A stretch of 63,952 bases of DNA, filler included, from Octopus bimaculoides (taxonomy: Eukaryota): the NCBI RefSeq assembly GCF_001194135.2. It is 7 parts of 7 records of this genome, joined end to end, with 100 filler letters (N's around TTAATTAATTAA, not from the genome) between each part and the next. Parts side by side here need not be neighbours in the genome. Positions count along the whole stretch, not along the records: positions 20,338 to 33,716 come from NC_068984.1; positions 33,817 to 39,157 come from NW_026307674.1; 5 more parts are not named here. One strand, given 5' to 3'. Position 1 is the stretch's first letter. The number at the start of each line of letters is the position of its first letter. The notes beneath the pieces were generated by a model that ran no database searches, had not been told where the DNA came from, and saw only the letters and a program-made list of their open reading frames with translations. Positions 26,669 to 37,849 of this stretch are shown one piece after another. A program made the translations under genes and the position numbers.

Positions 26669-26897
26669 TTTCTTTACTACCCACAAGGGGCTACACACAG
26701 AGGGGACAAACAAGGACAGACAAACGGATTAAGTCGATTACATTGACCCCAGTGCGTAACTGCTACTTATTTAATCGACCCCGAAAGGATGAAAGGCAAA
26801 GTCGACCTCGGCGGAATTTGAACTCAGAACGTAGCGGCAGACGAAATACCGCTAAGCATTTCGCCCGGCGTGCTAACGTTTCTGCCAGATCACCACC
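26669..26897 (-). mobile_element. Family A SINE with an alternative tail
   Basis: Same head and core as family A, but tail TTAATCCGTTTGTCTGTCCTTG...GTGGGTAGTAAAGAAA; embedded in (TATG)n. Confidence 0.9.
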
Positions 26898-26957
26898 TTT
26901 GTTTGTTTGTTTGTATGTATGTATGTATGTATGTATGTATGTATGTATGTATGTATG

Positions 26958-26988
<31 letters not shown>

Positions 26989-27999
26989 TATATTTATACT
27001 ATATTATACTATATAAACATACATATATATTTCGTGTTTTTTATGCCTTTTGTTATTTTTTTTTAATGGTTCTAGTATTCTTTTTGTGGCATTTCATTTT
27101 CCGTTTTCCTTTTATTTTTATTTTTATTTTTTGTTTTGCCGTACGTGAGTTCGATCGGGGATGATCGTCTGTGTGTGTGTGTGCGTGCGTGTAGGTGCGT
27201 GTGTGTGTGCGTATGAGTTATTGTTTGTGCGTGAATGTCCGTGTTTGAGTGTTTGTTTTAACTTATGATAATTAAAGTGTCCTGCTGCTGCTATTGAGAT
27301 ATGTATTTCTTACGGTCATCGACTAATAATTATCAACTGACAAAATAAACAGTACTTTGCCAGACACAGAGATTCAGTCAACTCGTTCACAACGTAAGAC
27401 TGTTGGCGCGCGCTACACTCGACCAATGGCGACGGAGTATTAGGTAACAGGTGACTTCGAGGACTTTATGAATGATCAAACTTCTCCACACACTATTTTA
27501 TCATCTTAAATGACGACAGCACACATGCTCACGTATAATCAGACACAACAGTGGCGAAGGGAGCAGGGGTAGATGCATTGACACACGTGTACACAAAGAC
27601 TCACATGCTTTCGCACACAACACACACGCACGCGTGCATACACACACACACACACACACACATGCACACTCAAACAGTGGATGCACATACATACGCGCAC
27701 ACACACTACACTCACACATTCACACCCATATATAGCAGCGTTACAGTCAGGTAATTGATAGTATTAACTCAGTTGAATCTGGTGCTACAGATTTAACAAA
27801 GTAATTACTGAGATACATACACACACATGCACACACATACACATAGATACACACAGACACACTCTCACGCACACACATTCCTATTCATATATACTTATAA
27901 ACTGATAAATATATGCAATCTTTTAGCATCAAATGCTCAGCCCGTCAAAGATATCCTCTGTCCCTCTCCAGAGTGTTTTAGTTCTGGATCCCCGCTATA

Positions 28000-29450
28000 A
28001 AGATTGAAAATTTTAACAGGCATTTCACCCGAACTGAGTCACAGGAGAGTTATATCTCTGTGTGCGGACGAAGTTTTGCTCATGGTTCGAACACTTCGGA
28101 TACAGAAACAGTCGATACCATGCTCGAGGAATAATGCGAGTACATATCAAACAGGAAAAGTTGGTGGGTTTGCAACACGATGCCAGGAGAGTCAAGTGCA
28201 CGTTGAATAGCGGCAGTTTTTGTCGTTGGACCGAAGCCTGGTTAAGGTGCTTAGACTCTGGTTGGAACCGGAGCTCCAAGTGAATAGAACCTTAGAGGAA
28301 GTCACGAGCAGAGTGGCCAATCTCACTCAGAAATATCTCCAGAGGAAATAGTTCCTGAAAAATCGGGTGGAGAGGGGTTAATACTTACCTTGCTTCGGTG
28401 ATGTACCACAGCCTAAGCGTAGCACTTTGTCCAAGAAACATTTGATCAAACTGGAACACATGCTTTTCCACTTCTTATGAAAGGAACATATTCAGTTTGT
28501 CTGTTACCAATCTCCACTCAGTGATGGTCTCGGAATGTTGTCACTGATGATGCGCATTCCTTCAATGAGGCTGATGCATCTACAGAAATATCTTGATCCA
28601 CTATGATGACAACGACGAAAACGTGGGCGAATTGGTATGGCCAGCTTAGGTGCAACACGTCTTGATGCAGCTTGTCTCTTTAAATGAATGTCAATTATAG
28701 GCCAAATGAATACCGAAGGAGGGTGGTTGGCAGTTGGCATCTCGAATGTTTCCGAGCTCTCAAGTATTCTACTAACAAAACGATGTCGTTGTCGGGGAAA
28801 CAACTCTCGATTGCTGTAGAGGATTAGTTGCGGGACCGATTCTAGGCGTTGACGAGAATACTCAGAGCACTAACTTCTGGAGAATTATTTGCAGCCCTTG
28901 GCATGGCAATGCTGCAAAAGAAAGCAATGTCCATTTACTTTAAGCACTACAAGCACGAAGTGCCAACAGCCAGATCTGTCCAACATATACACAAGGTAAG
29001 GAGACCGTCCTACAAGATATATTTCAGTGCCCGTGCATTAGCGATTTGTGAACTTATGTCGAATATCTGCCGTCGTATGAGGATGAGTCCAGTTATCATC
29101 AAAGTCCAGAGAGAAAACTACGTCCATCTTCATTTGGTATGGAAGCGCAGCTAGTCCTCTTTCTAGTGGTTGCCCAGGATGAGGTTTTATGGGGGACTTA
29201 TCTGAAAGATTTTGTAATCAAGCTTTTTCCTGTCTGGTCTAGCCTTGAACTCCTTTAATTACCACATGAAGAGGAAAGTAAGGATAGAGAGGAGTCCCTT
29301 CTTTCTAATGTACTTAACAAAAGGCAGAAGAGAGTTACAAAACCGGAAGAAAGAAACTGGAAAGGGGCACTTTTGGTGCCTTGAATGTAGCAGGGAAATC
29401 GGGACTTTGTGTCAATTAAGCCGGAGTTACCTGAAGTGATCTTATAATAA
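28000..29450 (+). mobile_element. Heavily decayed L1/Tx1-clade LINE (RT C-terminal half)
   Basis: Remnant peptides EEVTSRVANLTQK, VNTYLASVMYHSL, LEHMLFHFL, SDGLGMLSLMMR..RLMHLQKYL and FNYHMKRKVRIER; many stops and frameshifts. Confidence 0.6.
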
Positions 29451-29634
29451 AATATACTCACCATGAGTCTGTAAACACAAGCATTCAGCAATGCACATGT
29501 GTGAATAACTGTGTATGATGATATAGCTCTGATATATTCAAGAATATTGTAACTATGAGTTTCATAAAAGGATTATTCTAGTCAATGGATGCTATAGCGG
29601 CTACTTTTTGAAGGATGAGCTGTGTGTGTGTGTA

Positions 29635-29692
<58 letters not shown>

Positions 29693-29841
29693 TCCAAAAT
29701 GGAGATGAACACCATTTCTCCATGTGATCGGCTTGAAAATTGTAAGATATTAAGATATGTTTCTTAGCGTGAAACCAATGGTATCCGCAATGCTTAAAGA
29801 ATGTGTGTGTGTGCATTCATATTCATATATATCATATATAC

Positions 29842-29914
<73 letters not shown>

Positions 29915-29916
<2 letters not shown>

Positions 29917-29955
29917 TCACGTGATTTCACTCTGCTATTAGTTCCTCAGTGACAG
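29915..29955 (-). ncRNA. Type I hammerhead core lacking the 3' strand of stem I
   Basis: CTGTCA-CTGAGGA-ACT-AATAGCAG-AGT-GAAA-TCACGTGA-TA, followed directly by (CATA)n. Confidence 0.65.
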
Positions 29956-30050
29956 AAGACAAGCAGCACAATAACAGCCGAATCTAATACACCTGCTTGT
30001 CGTTCCTACACCTGTCTTCGTCTTTTGTTTCTATAAGTTTGAACTATATA

Positions 30051-30536
30051 TTGAGTCATCCCATAAATAATGCGGTTTTTTAATACTTTTATTTTTCAAA
30101 ATTATGATAAACAAAGTTCTATTTTACTCTAAAATATACCCTCCTTCATTTTCTACAATGCTCGTCCATCTTTCTGGTAGACTTCCAAAGCCTTCCTTCT
30201 AAAATTCACTTGTCCGGGACGAAAAATATTCATCCAGTACTGTTCTGACCTCGTCTACAGAATTCATTAATATTCGTCACACTTTCCGTTGCGTTGTTGC
30301 CTTTATTGAACTCATAAAGCAACATATGCTGAATATGCTCCTTTGTCACTTCCATTATAGCTTTGAAAAAATAACTGTTAAAATCGAACTCCACTTTTCA
30401 AAGCTTGCACTAAGATTAGGGACACGGTAAAATTACTAGCTGCTTTTATCGCAAGTTGATGCAGGTAGTTTATCCCGCTCCCTCCGACTTATAGTTCGTG
30501 CAATTGAAAAACCGCATTATCTATGGGGTGACCCTA
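30051..30536 (-). mobile_element. 486 bp mariner deletion derivative
   Basis: TA TSDs; TIRs TTGAGTCATCCCATAAATAATGCGG / CCGCATTATCTATGGGGTGACCCTA; transposase C-terminus EGFGSLPERWTSIVENEGGYILE*. Confidence 0.85.
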
Positions 30537-30952
30537 TATATATATATATATATATATACATGGCAGTCATATTCTGGAAGTTAATCAATTTTGTAGAATT
30601 GTGCTTCTTGATTTTTCGCACAATAAGAAACTAACACTTGCTTAGGTGCACAAAAAGATAAATAGAAAATGCATCTATCATTAAAAGAATGCGGTCAGTT
30701 CTGGGACTAGGAACAATTAATAATATGTAAGCGTGTAAACTACAAATTAGTAGACAAAGTAATTTGGTATATTTTAAAACATGGTCAATCTTTACTCAAA
30801 AACAACATAAATTTAAGATATATGAGATTAAAAATTTGTGAAAATGAACTCATTACAACAAAAAACAAGAATATACATGCACACACACGTACGTATATAT
30901 GTATACATACATGCATACATATATATGATATCATACATACATAATACGTGCA

Positions 30953-30983
<31 letters not shown>

Positions 30984-32169
30984 GAATATATTATAACATG
31001 TGCATTAAAATACATTCCAGATAAAGATAGCTAATTTGTGAAAAACCACATACATTTGCTTAGATACGCAAGGAATGAGTATCACGCATATTTGTCTTTG
31101 AATAATATTATCTTTTAATATATAAGTATAAACGATGTTGTCACCGAGAGCAATTTGTTATACGTTTAAACAATGGTATTATCAAACGCAAAACTTGCAA
31201 ACCTTAAAATAACACCTATTATATAGATATGTCGTATCAGTTATATTTATGTGTGAAAATGATTTCTTACTTTGAATAATTTAGTATGTGTTCGAGCAAA
31301 GGCATTATTTAATAAAACAACTCGAAGAAAAAAATATGATCTTAAAATACAGTGAGAAAGCGATTACATCAGAATATAAGTTAGAACATATATATTCTTA
31401 TAAGGCAACACTGAAATTGGTTAAAATAAAGATATAAAAAAACGGGGGTTTCAAATTGGAATGAGGCGTACAATATTTTATGAAATGGATATGTAAAAGT
31501 GTTATCATTGAAATTAGAGGGGGTCCATAAACAATTTATTATAAATTTGACAGCGATAACATACACATATTAAAGCTTGATAAATTGTTGATTTAATGGA
31601 AACTTGTGGGTTGTAAATTCGATACTAAACAAATATATAATGAAGTAGATAAATAGTGAATTATAGTTTAAATAGATAAATGAATTAAAATGAAACTCTA
31701 GTAGAATCAAGTTCTGGTATTATCAGTTAAGTCGTATAGTTTCTCAGAAACATAATTTCAATGTAGGAATGCACTAATGATTAAGAAAACCATTAATGTT
31801 TGTGGAAATATGCTGACAGTGTTAGTTATAGAAAACTCTGAGCTCAAATTATTTCCTGTCGAAGTAAACTTAGAACTAATAGGATGAACCTGTTAGTAGA
31901 AATGCATTAATAAATTAGGCAGGTGTATGGTGATATGTTCAATAAATTATCACCTATTTGAACATTAAAATATGCTTGAAATATTTTGATATCCTAAAAA
32001 TCCGTCTGCGTGATGACAATAATTTTGAATATAGATTAAGTATCTGGAGAATGAAATATCAAATGATTTCGAGGTAAAAATCTTAGAAGAATTTTTAATT
32101 GTTAGCAAAAGGTTGTGCGAATGATAGAATTTTCTTTCATTTTAGTTTTTAACACTTTGCATATTTTTA

Positions 32170-32262
<93 letters not shown>

Positions 32263-33195
32263 CTGTGTATGTGTGTCTGTGTCTGTGTGTCTTTGTGTTT
32301 GTGTGAGTGCGTGTATGTGTGTGCATGCGTACGTGTGTGTGTGTGTATGTGTCTGTGTGTCTGTGTCTGTGTCTGTGTGAGTGTTTGTGTGCGTGCGTGT
32401 ATGTGTGTGTGCGTTTGTGTGTGTATGTGTGTGTGTGTGTGTGTGCGTGTGCGTGCGTGCGTGTGTGTGAATCTGTGTGTATGCGAGTGATTATAAAATC
32501 ATGGGGTGTACGAATTTGCTGTTAAACTTATATGCATATATGATTGGGATGAAATTGTTCAATGTGGTGCAATAAACTAATTATTTGGTCTTAAAATTTC
32601 CTTCAAATTGGTAATAGTTGGTGTTGCTATAATTAAAGTTGGATAAAAGTTTTATTGATTTCAATAAATTTTAGTTCACATAGACGAAAAAAATGAAAAT
32701 CTAATTATGTTTTAGAAGTTCGTACTATTTGTTGTTCAGTTGGGTTTGGAAAATGGTTAGCTACGGCTTTTAGCACTTGTAACTTAAAATGGCGGTTTAT
32801 ACTAAACTATATGACAGTTTCTAATTTTCCATCCAATGTGTTGAATTTGTCTTCTTGCTGTATTGTACATATTCTCTGTTTAGTTAAAATAGTAAGATAT
32901 CGTGCTGGAAACCTGTTCATTCGAATATAAGATAGATATTTTTAAGGATATATTTTAAACTAAATTCTGAATTGCGTTATGGAGATGATTCGAAAATTTG
33001 GGAATATAATAGGTTTTTTTTCTTGCAAAGGAATACCAAGAGTTGTCTTGTTTAAAAGTAACATCAAGTAAGTTGATGACTTTTAAGCGAGCTTCAATTG
33101 CATATAAAAAAGCTAACCTAAGATATACTTGTCACACACATGCACGCCTATATATATGTTCACATACATGCATACATACATACATACATACATAC

Positions 33196-33553
33196 ATCAA
33201 AATAAGCAACAAGGATATCCAGAGGTAATGCAGTACGATCGTTTCAGGTAACTCCATTTAATTGAACAATCATTACATCAATTTAAAATGCAGAACAATC
33301 CTCAGCTGCACAAAGACATAGAATTTAATTAAATTAGAACAGATGGACACATTAGTATAATTATACCTAAAATCTCCAAGAAGTTAAGGAGATAGATAAA
33401 GAACATGCTGGCTTCACTCCAGTATAGAAGTTACTAAGTTATCAAGAAGATATACATTGTTACAGACTCTGCCTGTCACTGATTTTTTTTGTTTTTGTTT
33501 CATGAAACGATCGTACTGCATTACCTCTGGATATCCTTGTTGCTTATTTTGAT
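33196..33553. mobile_element. Penelope-like remnant with a perfect 51 bp terminal inverted repeat
   Basis: 33196-33246 is the exact reverse complement of 33503-33553; 256 bp spacer; HHR in the left arm. Confidence 0.75.
33228..33311 (-). ncRNA. Type I hammerhead motif with a long, partly decayed stem II
   Basis: GTGCAG-CTGAGGA-[53 nt including the CATTTTAAATTGA/TCAATTAAATG hairpin]-GAAA-CGATCG-TA-CTGCAT; GUA site. Confidence 0.7.
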
Positions 33554-33631
33554 TTTAATCACCTTACTTTGAAATTGTATGGATAATACCGTACTAAATT
33601 CTGGTGCCTCAACTTAAGTACCATATTCATC

Positions 33632-33663
<32 letters not shown>

Positions 33664-33716
33664 CTAGCAGAAATACCCGGCTTTGCCCGGGTTAAAGAGA
33701 ATAATGAAATCTAAAA
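33664..33716 (-). mobile_element. Helitron 3' terminus (rest lost in gap)
   Basis: Minus strand ACCCGG-GCAAAG-CCGGGT hairpin, then ATTTCTG-CTAG|T. Confidence 0.7.
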
Positions 33717-33816
33717 NNNNNNNNNNNNNNNNNNNNNNNNNNNNNNNNNNNNNNNNNNNNTTAATTAATTAANNNNNNNNNNNNNNNNNNNNNNNNNNNN
33801 NNNNNNNNNNNNNNNN

Positions 33817-34848
33817 ATGACAGATCTTTCGGACTTTCAAAGAGGTCAAATTGTTGGTGCTCATATGGTAGGTGCTAGCGTAACAAAAACAGCTGAAATG
33901 TTTGGTGTATCAAGAAGTACAGTCTTGAAAGTAATGACAGGCTTTGAGAAAGAGGGAAAAACCTCCTCTCCGAAACAAAATTCTGGAAGAAAACCAAAAC
34001 TTTCAGATAGAGACCATTGGACTCTTATGCAAATTGTTAGAAAGGATCACAAAAGTACAGCTCCCAAAATTACTGCAGAGCTTAATAACCACCTCAAGAA
34101 CCCATTTTCCACAAAAACTGTTCACTGGGAGCTGCACAAAGCCAGATTTCACAGTAGAGCTGCAATCAGAAAACCACTACTTACAAAAACAAAAGTGGCA
34201 AAGCATTCAGAGTGGAGTGAAAACCTACAGAATTGGTCCCTAGAGCAGTGGAAGAATGCTATTTTCTTGGACGAGTCATCCTTTACCTTATTTCCAACTA
34301 CTGGCCAAGTATATGTGTGGAGACAGCCAAAAGAAGAATTTGACCCAGACTGCCTTCTTCCAACCGTTAAACATGGAGGAGGATCTGTGGTGATCTGGGA
34401 GGCTATATCTTGGAAATCCACTGGCCCAATGGTTTCCCTTCATGGCAGAATTAATAGTCAAGATTATTTAAGCATTTTATCTGATCAAATTCATCCTATG
34501 GTTGCCAAACTCTTTCCAGAGGGAAACGCAATCTTTCAGGATGATAATGCACCAATTCACACAGCTAAAGTTGTTAGTGAATGGCACAAGGAACATTCTA
34601 GTGAAGTTGAACATCTTATCTGGCCACCACAGTCCCAAGATCTCAATATTATTGAACATTTATGATGCATTTTAGAAAAACAAGTAAGTAGTCGATATCC
34701 TCCACCATCATCACTACAAGAACTGGAGACTGTTTTAGCTGAAGAATGGACAAAAATTCCTTTGGAAACAATTCAAACTTTGTATGAGTCCATATCTCAT
34801 AGAATTCAAGCTGTTATTACTGCCAAAGGTGGTCCTACACCATATTAA
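33817..34848 (+). pseudogene. Tc1-like transposase, 343 codons with one in-frame TGA (34663-34665)
   Basis: HTH region, FLDESSF, KHGGGSVVIW, FQDDNAPIH and WPPQSQDLNIIEHL*; after the stop, 60 more codons ending KGGPTPY*. Confidence 0.9.
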
Positions 34849-34900
34849 AATAAATTTGTTTGAAATTTTAAAGTGTTTCCATTATTTTGTCCAACCCCTG
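33817..34900 (+). mobile_element. Tc1-superfamily transposon with DD36E spacing; left end in gap
   Basis: Right TIR GTGTTTCCATTATTTTGTCCAACCCCTG|TA at 34873-34900. Confidence 0.95.
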
Positions 34901-35178
34901 TATACATAAGTATTAGTGTGAAACAGTGATGAGAAATAAACAAACTTTAGGTTAGTTCAAATGTGATGAGACATATTTTAATTTCTAAAAGGAATTTCAC
35001 TGCATTTACTGTGGAGAAAAAATTTCTTACTTGTTTTGTGCTAATACTTATGTATTTGTTTTGACTGGGTGGCCTGCAAGCATAAATTTAGACACTAGCA
35101 TTATTAAGTGATTTGTTATAAAACTACAGCTTTCTAATCAGCTCAAGCTTATCCTCTACTGAGGTACTTTTGGTATCG

Positions 35179-35219
35179 TCTACTGAAGAAAGCATAATGA
35201 GCCAGAAATGCACTAGGGG
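35179..35219 (+). ncRNA. Degenerate type I hammerhead, unit 1
   Basis: TCTA-CTGAAGA-A-AGC-ATAATGA-GCC-A-GAAA-TGCA-C-TAGG; the U of NUH appears deleted. Confidence 0.6.
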
Positions 35220-35523
35220 TCCAACAGAGGGTATCACTAAACTAATAATGGTGTGTTTACACCTTTACCATAAGTGAGAAATTTTTCTCCATGGTAAACT
35301 GTAGTGAACTTTCCTTAAATATGTCACAAACATTTCCTTAAAATACGTCATAAACATTTGAACTAACCTAAAATCTGTTTATTTCTCATGACTGCTTTGC
35401 TCTAATACTTGTATATTTGTTTTTGACTGGGTGGTCTGCAAGTGCAAATCAGTCACTAGTATTGACTGATTCATTATAAAACTACAGTTTTATAATCAGC
35501 TCAAGGTTATCTCTCTTTGGTAT

Positions 35524-35567
35524 CCTCTACTGAAGAAAGCATAATGAGCCAGAAATGCAGCTGAGGG
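35524..35567 (+). ncRNA. Degenerate type I hammerhead, unit 2
   Basis: CCTCTA-CTGAAGA-A-AGC-ATAATGA-GCC-A-GAAA-TGCA-GC-TGAGGG; the U of NUH appears substituted. Confidence 0.6.
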
Positions 35568-35960
35568 TACCACTGAGCTGACAATGGTGCATTTACTTCT
35601 TTACCATAAGCAAGGAATTTTTTTTTTCTCCACAGTAAACTGCAAATTTTCTTAAGAAGTGAAAATGTGTCGCAAACATATTTGAACTAATCTAAAGTTC
35701 GTGCATGTGCATGTGTGTATGTTTCTGTTAAAATATTGTGTTTAAGTGTTTAGATGTATTAGAAGTATTAGGTAAGTGAATAGAGATGTTAAAAGAATTA
35801 TGTGTAGGTGTAAGCACATTAAAAGGATTGTGTGAAAGTATATACATATAACATTTGTGCGTAGGTATATAGAGGTTTAAAAGATTCTATGTTGGATGGT
35901 TATATGTTGAAAGGTTTCTATGTTGAGTGTGTATATATTATGTACTTATGTAGATGCATG

Positions 35961-36739
35961 TGTAGTGAAACTACCTATCGCCATTAGATACAAAACTGCT
36001 ATCGCCATTCTTCTCAGCAACACGAGACTACGACTACTACCAAGCAGCCTCTTCACCACCAGCGTCAACACGACTTACTATGTACACCAAACTAAACCAC
36101 CGCGGCACATCTCTCTCTTCGATTCTGTTAGGTGACTTAGCTTCACCACGATAATAAACAGACAAGAGATTTCAGCCAGCGACGAACATCTGTATAACAA
36201 GAATCACGGCCCGGCATGGAAGCCACCACATCACAACTAGTGATCAGCCCTGCCACACACAGCCTCAACTNNNNNNNNNNNNNNNNNNNNNNNNNNNNNN
36301 NNNNNNNNNNNNNNNNNNNNNNNNNNNNNNNNNNNNNNNNNNNNNNNNNNNNNNNNNNNNNNNNNNNNNNNNNNNNNNNNNNNNNNTGACTCTCTTTCTA
36401 TCTGCTGTAATATCTCACATACACATGCATGTATCACTCACATACACACTTTTCTTTGTATGACGGCCTGTCTTTGATTATGTTCTTATATGTCGCATTC
36501 ACACTCTCACATACACATACATCTTTAACGCTACAATAAATATTTCTGTTATTCATCTTATACGGTTGTGGTCTTTCGTTACTGGTCATCTATGTTATCG
36601 TCGTATAACATTTTGTATATCATATCTGATATATATAATATTGTGTGTTCGACCGTGTGACACGTTTAAATAAAAGGAGTCCTCTGTTTTTCCATTCGTC
36701 ACCATTTCTCCTTTTTGAGTTCGCACGGTCGTTCCTACA
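35961..36739 (+). mobile_element. Solo LTR (probably Gypsy); strand tentative
   Basis: TGTAG...CTACA termini, 4 bp TSD CATG (35957-35960 / 36740-36743), AATAAA ~70 bp before the right end; contains a gap. Confidence 0.75.
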
Positions 36740-37849
36740 CATGTAAGCTGTACACACTCGCAACTTTTACATTACCATGTCAAAATTAATTCAATGTGAA
36801 ACAAAAACTCAGTGTAAGAATTAACATAATCACACACAAAAAAAAATCAAGGATTAATAAAATTAATATAATTATTTAAAATTTAGCAATGGTCTACATC
36901 AGCAAGCAGCAATAGAATAAATGAGTAAATACAGTTAAAATGTGTGCAGAAAGTAACTGATAAATATTATATTAAGCAGGGTTAATTGCTCTATCAAATT
37001 GTAAACACTAAAATTATGATGACAAAGATTTGGTCAATCCATTGCTAAAAGGATTTTTTAAAAACTGTTAGCTTTAGCTGCTTTAAGACTGGAGCTGACC
37101 CAAAAGTTGCTGGTATCCTGATTAAGCTAAAACTTTGTTGCCCTTATCCCTTATAATATGAATGAATGGCTTACAACCATCTGTCAAAACAAGAAGAGAG
37201 CAACATGAAAGAGAGAGTTACTAGAGGACTTTCCGTACTGAATTTAGGGTTAGAAGGGAATTTTTGTAACATACATATTTTAATGGTTTTTGTCTTTGCA
37301 TTTCAAAAACTTATTCTAAATTGTTAATGCTTAAGCCATAAAGCAATTTTGGAACCCTCAAATGGAGTACCAATACTTTGAACAAAATAAATACTTTATA
37401 AATGTTGCACATTATAAACAGTTTTAGACCCCCCCCCAAAAAAAAAAACACACTCTGCTTGCACATGGTAAATGATACAAAACATGTAATGAATGAACAT
37501 TTGACTGAGTTCAGTCAGATAAACTATAAACAGAATAAACGTGAGACCATAAACTTACTTCTGGGGATTCAAATTCAACAAAAGCAAATCCACGGTGTTT
37601 CTCTGGCAAAAGAAATTCCTATTTATATAATAATTACATAATATATTTATATAATATTCATTTCTGCATATAACAATTACATAATAAACATATTTATATG
37701 ATATTTACATAATATACATATTTATATGATATTTGCATAATATATATATTTATCATCATCATCATACCTGTTATCAAACGATCACTGAAGCCTTTCCAGG
37801 TGCTGAATACCATCTCTTCTTCCCATGTTCCCTCTTGTGTCCCTTTCCC

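Larger units (their letters stand above)
34924..35695 (+). mobile_element. Tandem ~347 bp HHR-bearing units preceded by an inverted copy of the unit tail
   Basis: Units ~35040-35394 and ~35400-35695 are diverged direct repeats; 34924-35032 is the reverse complement of ~35272-35394. Confidence 0.75.
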
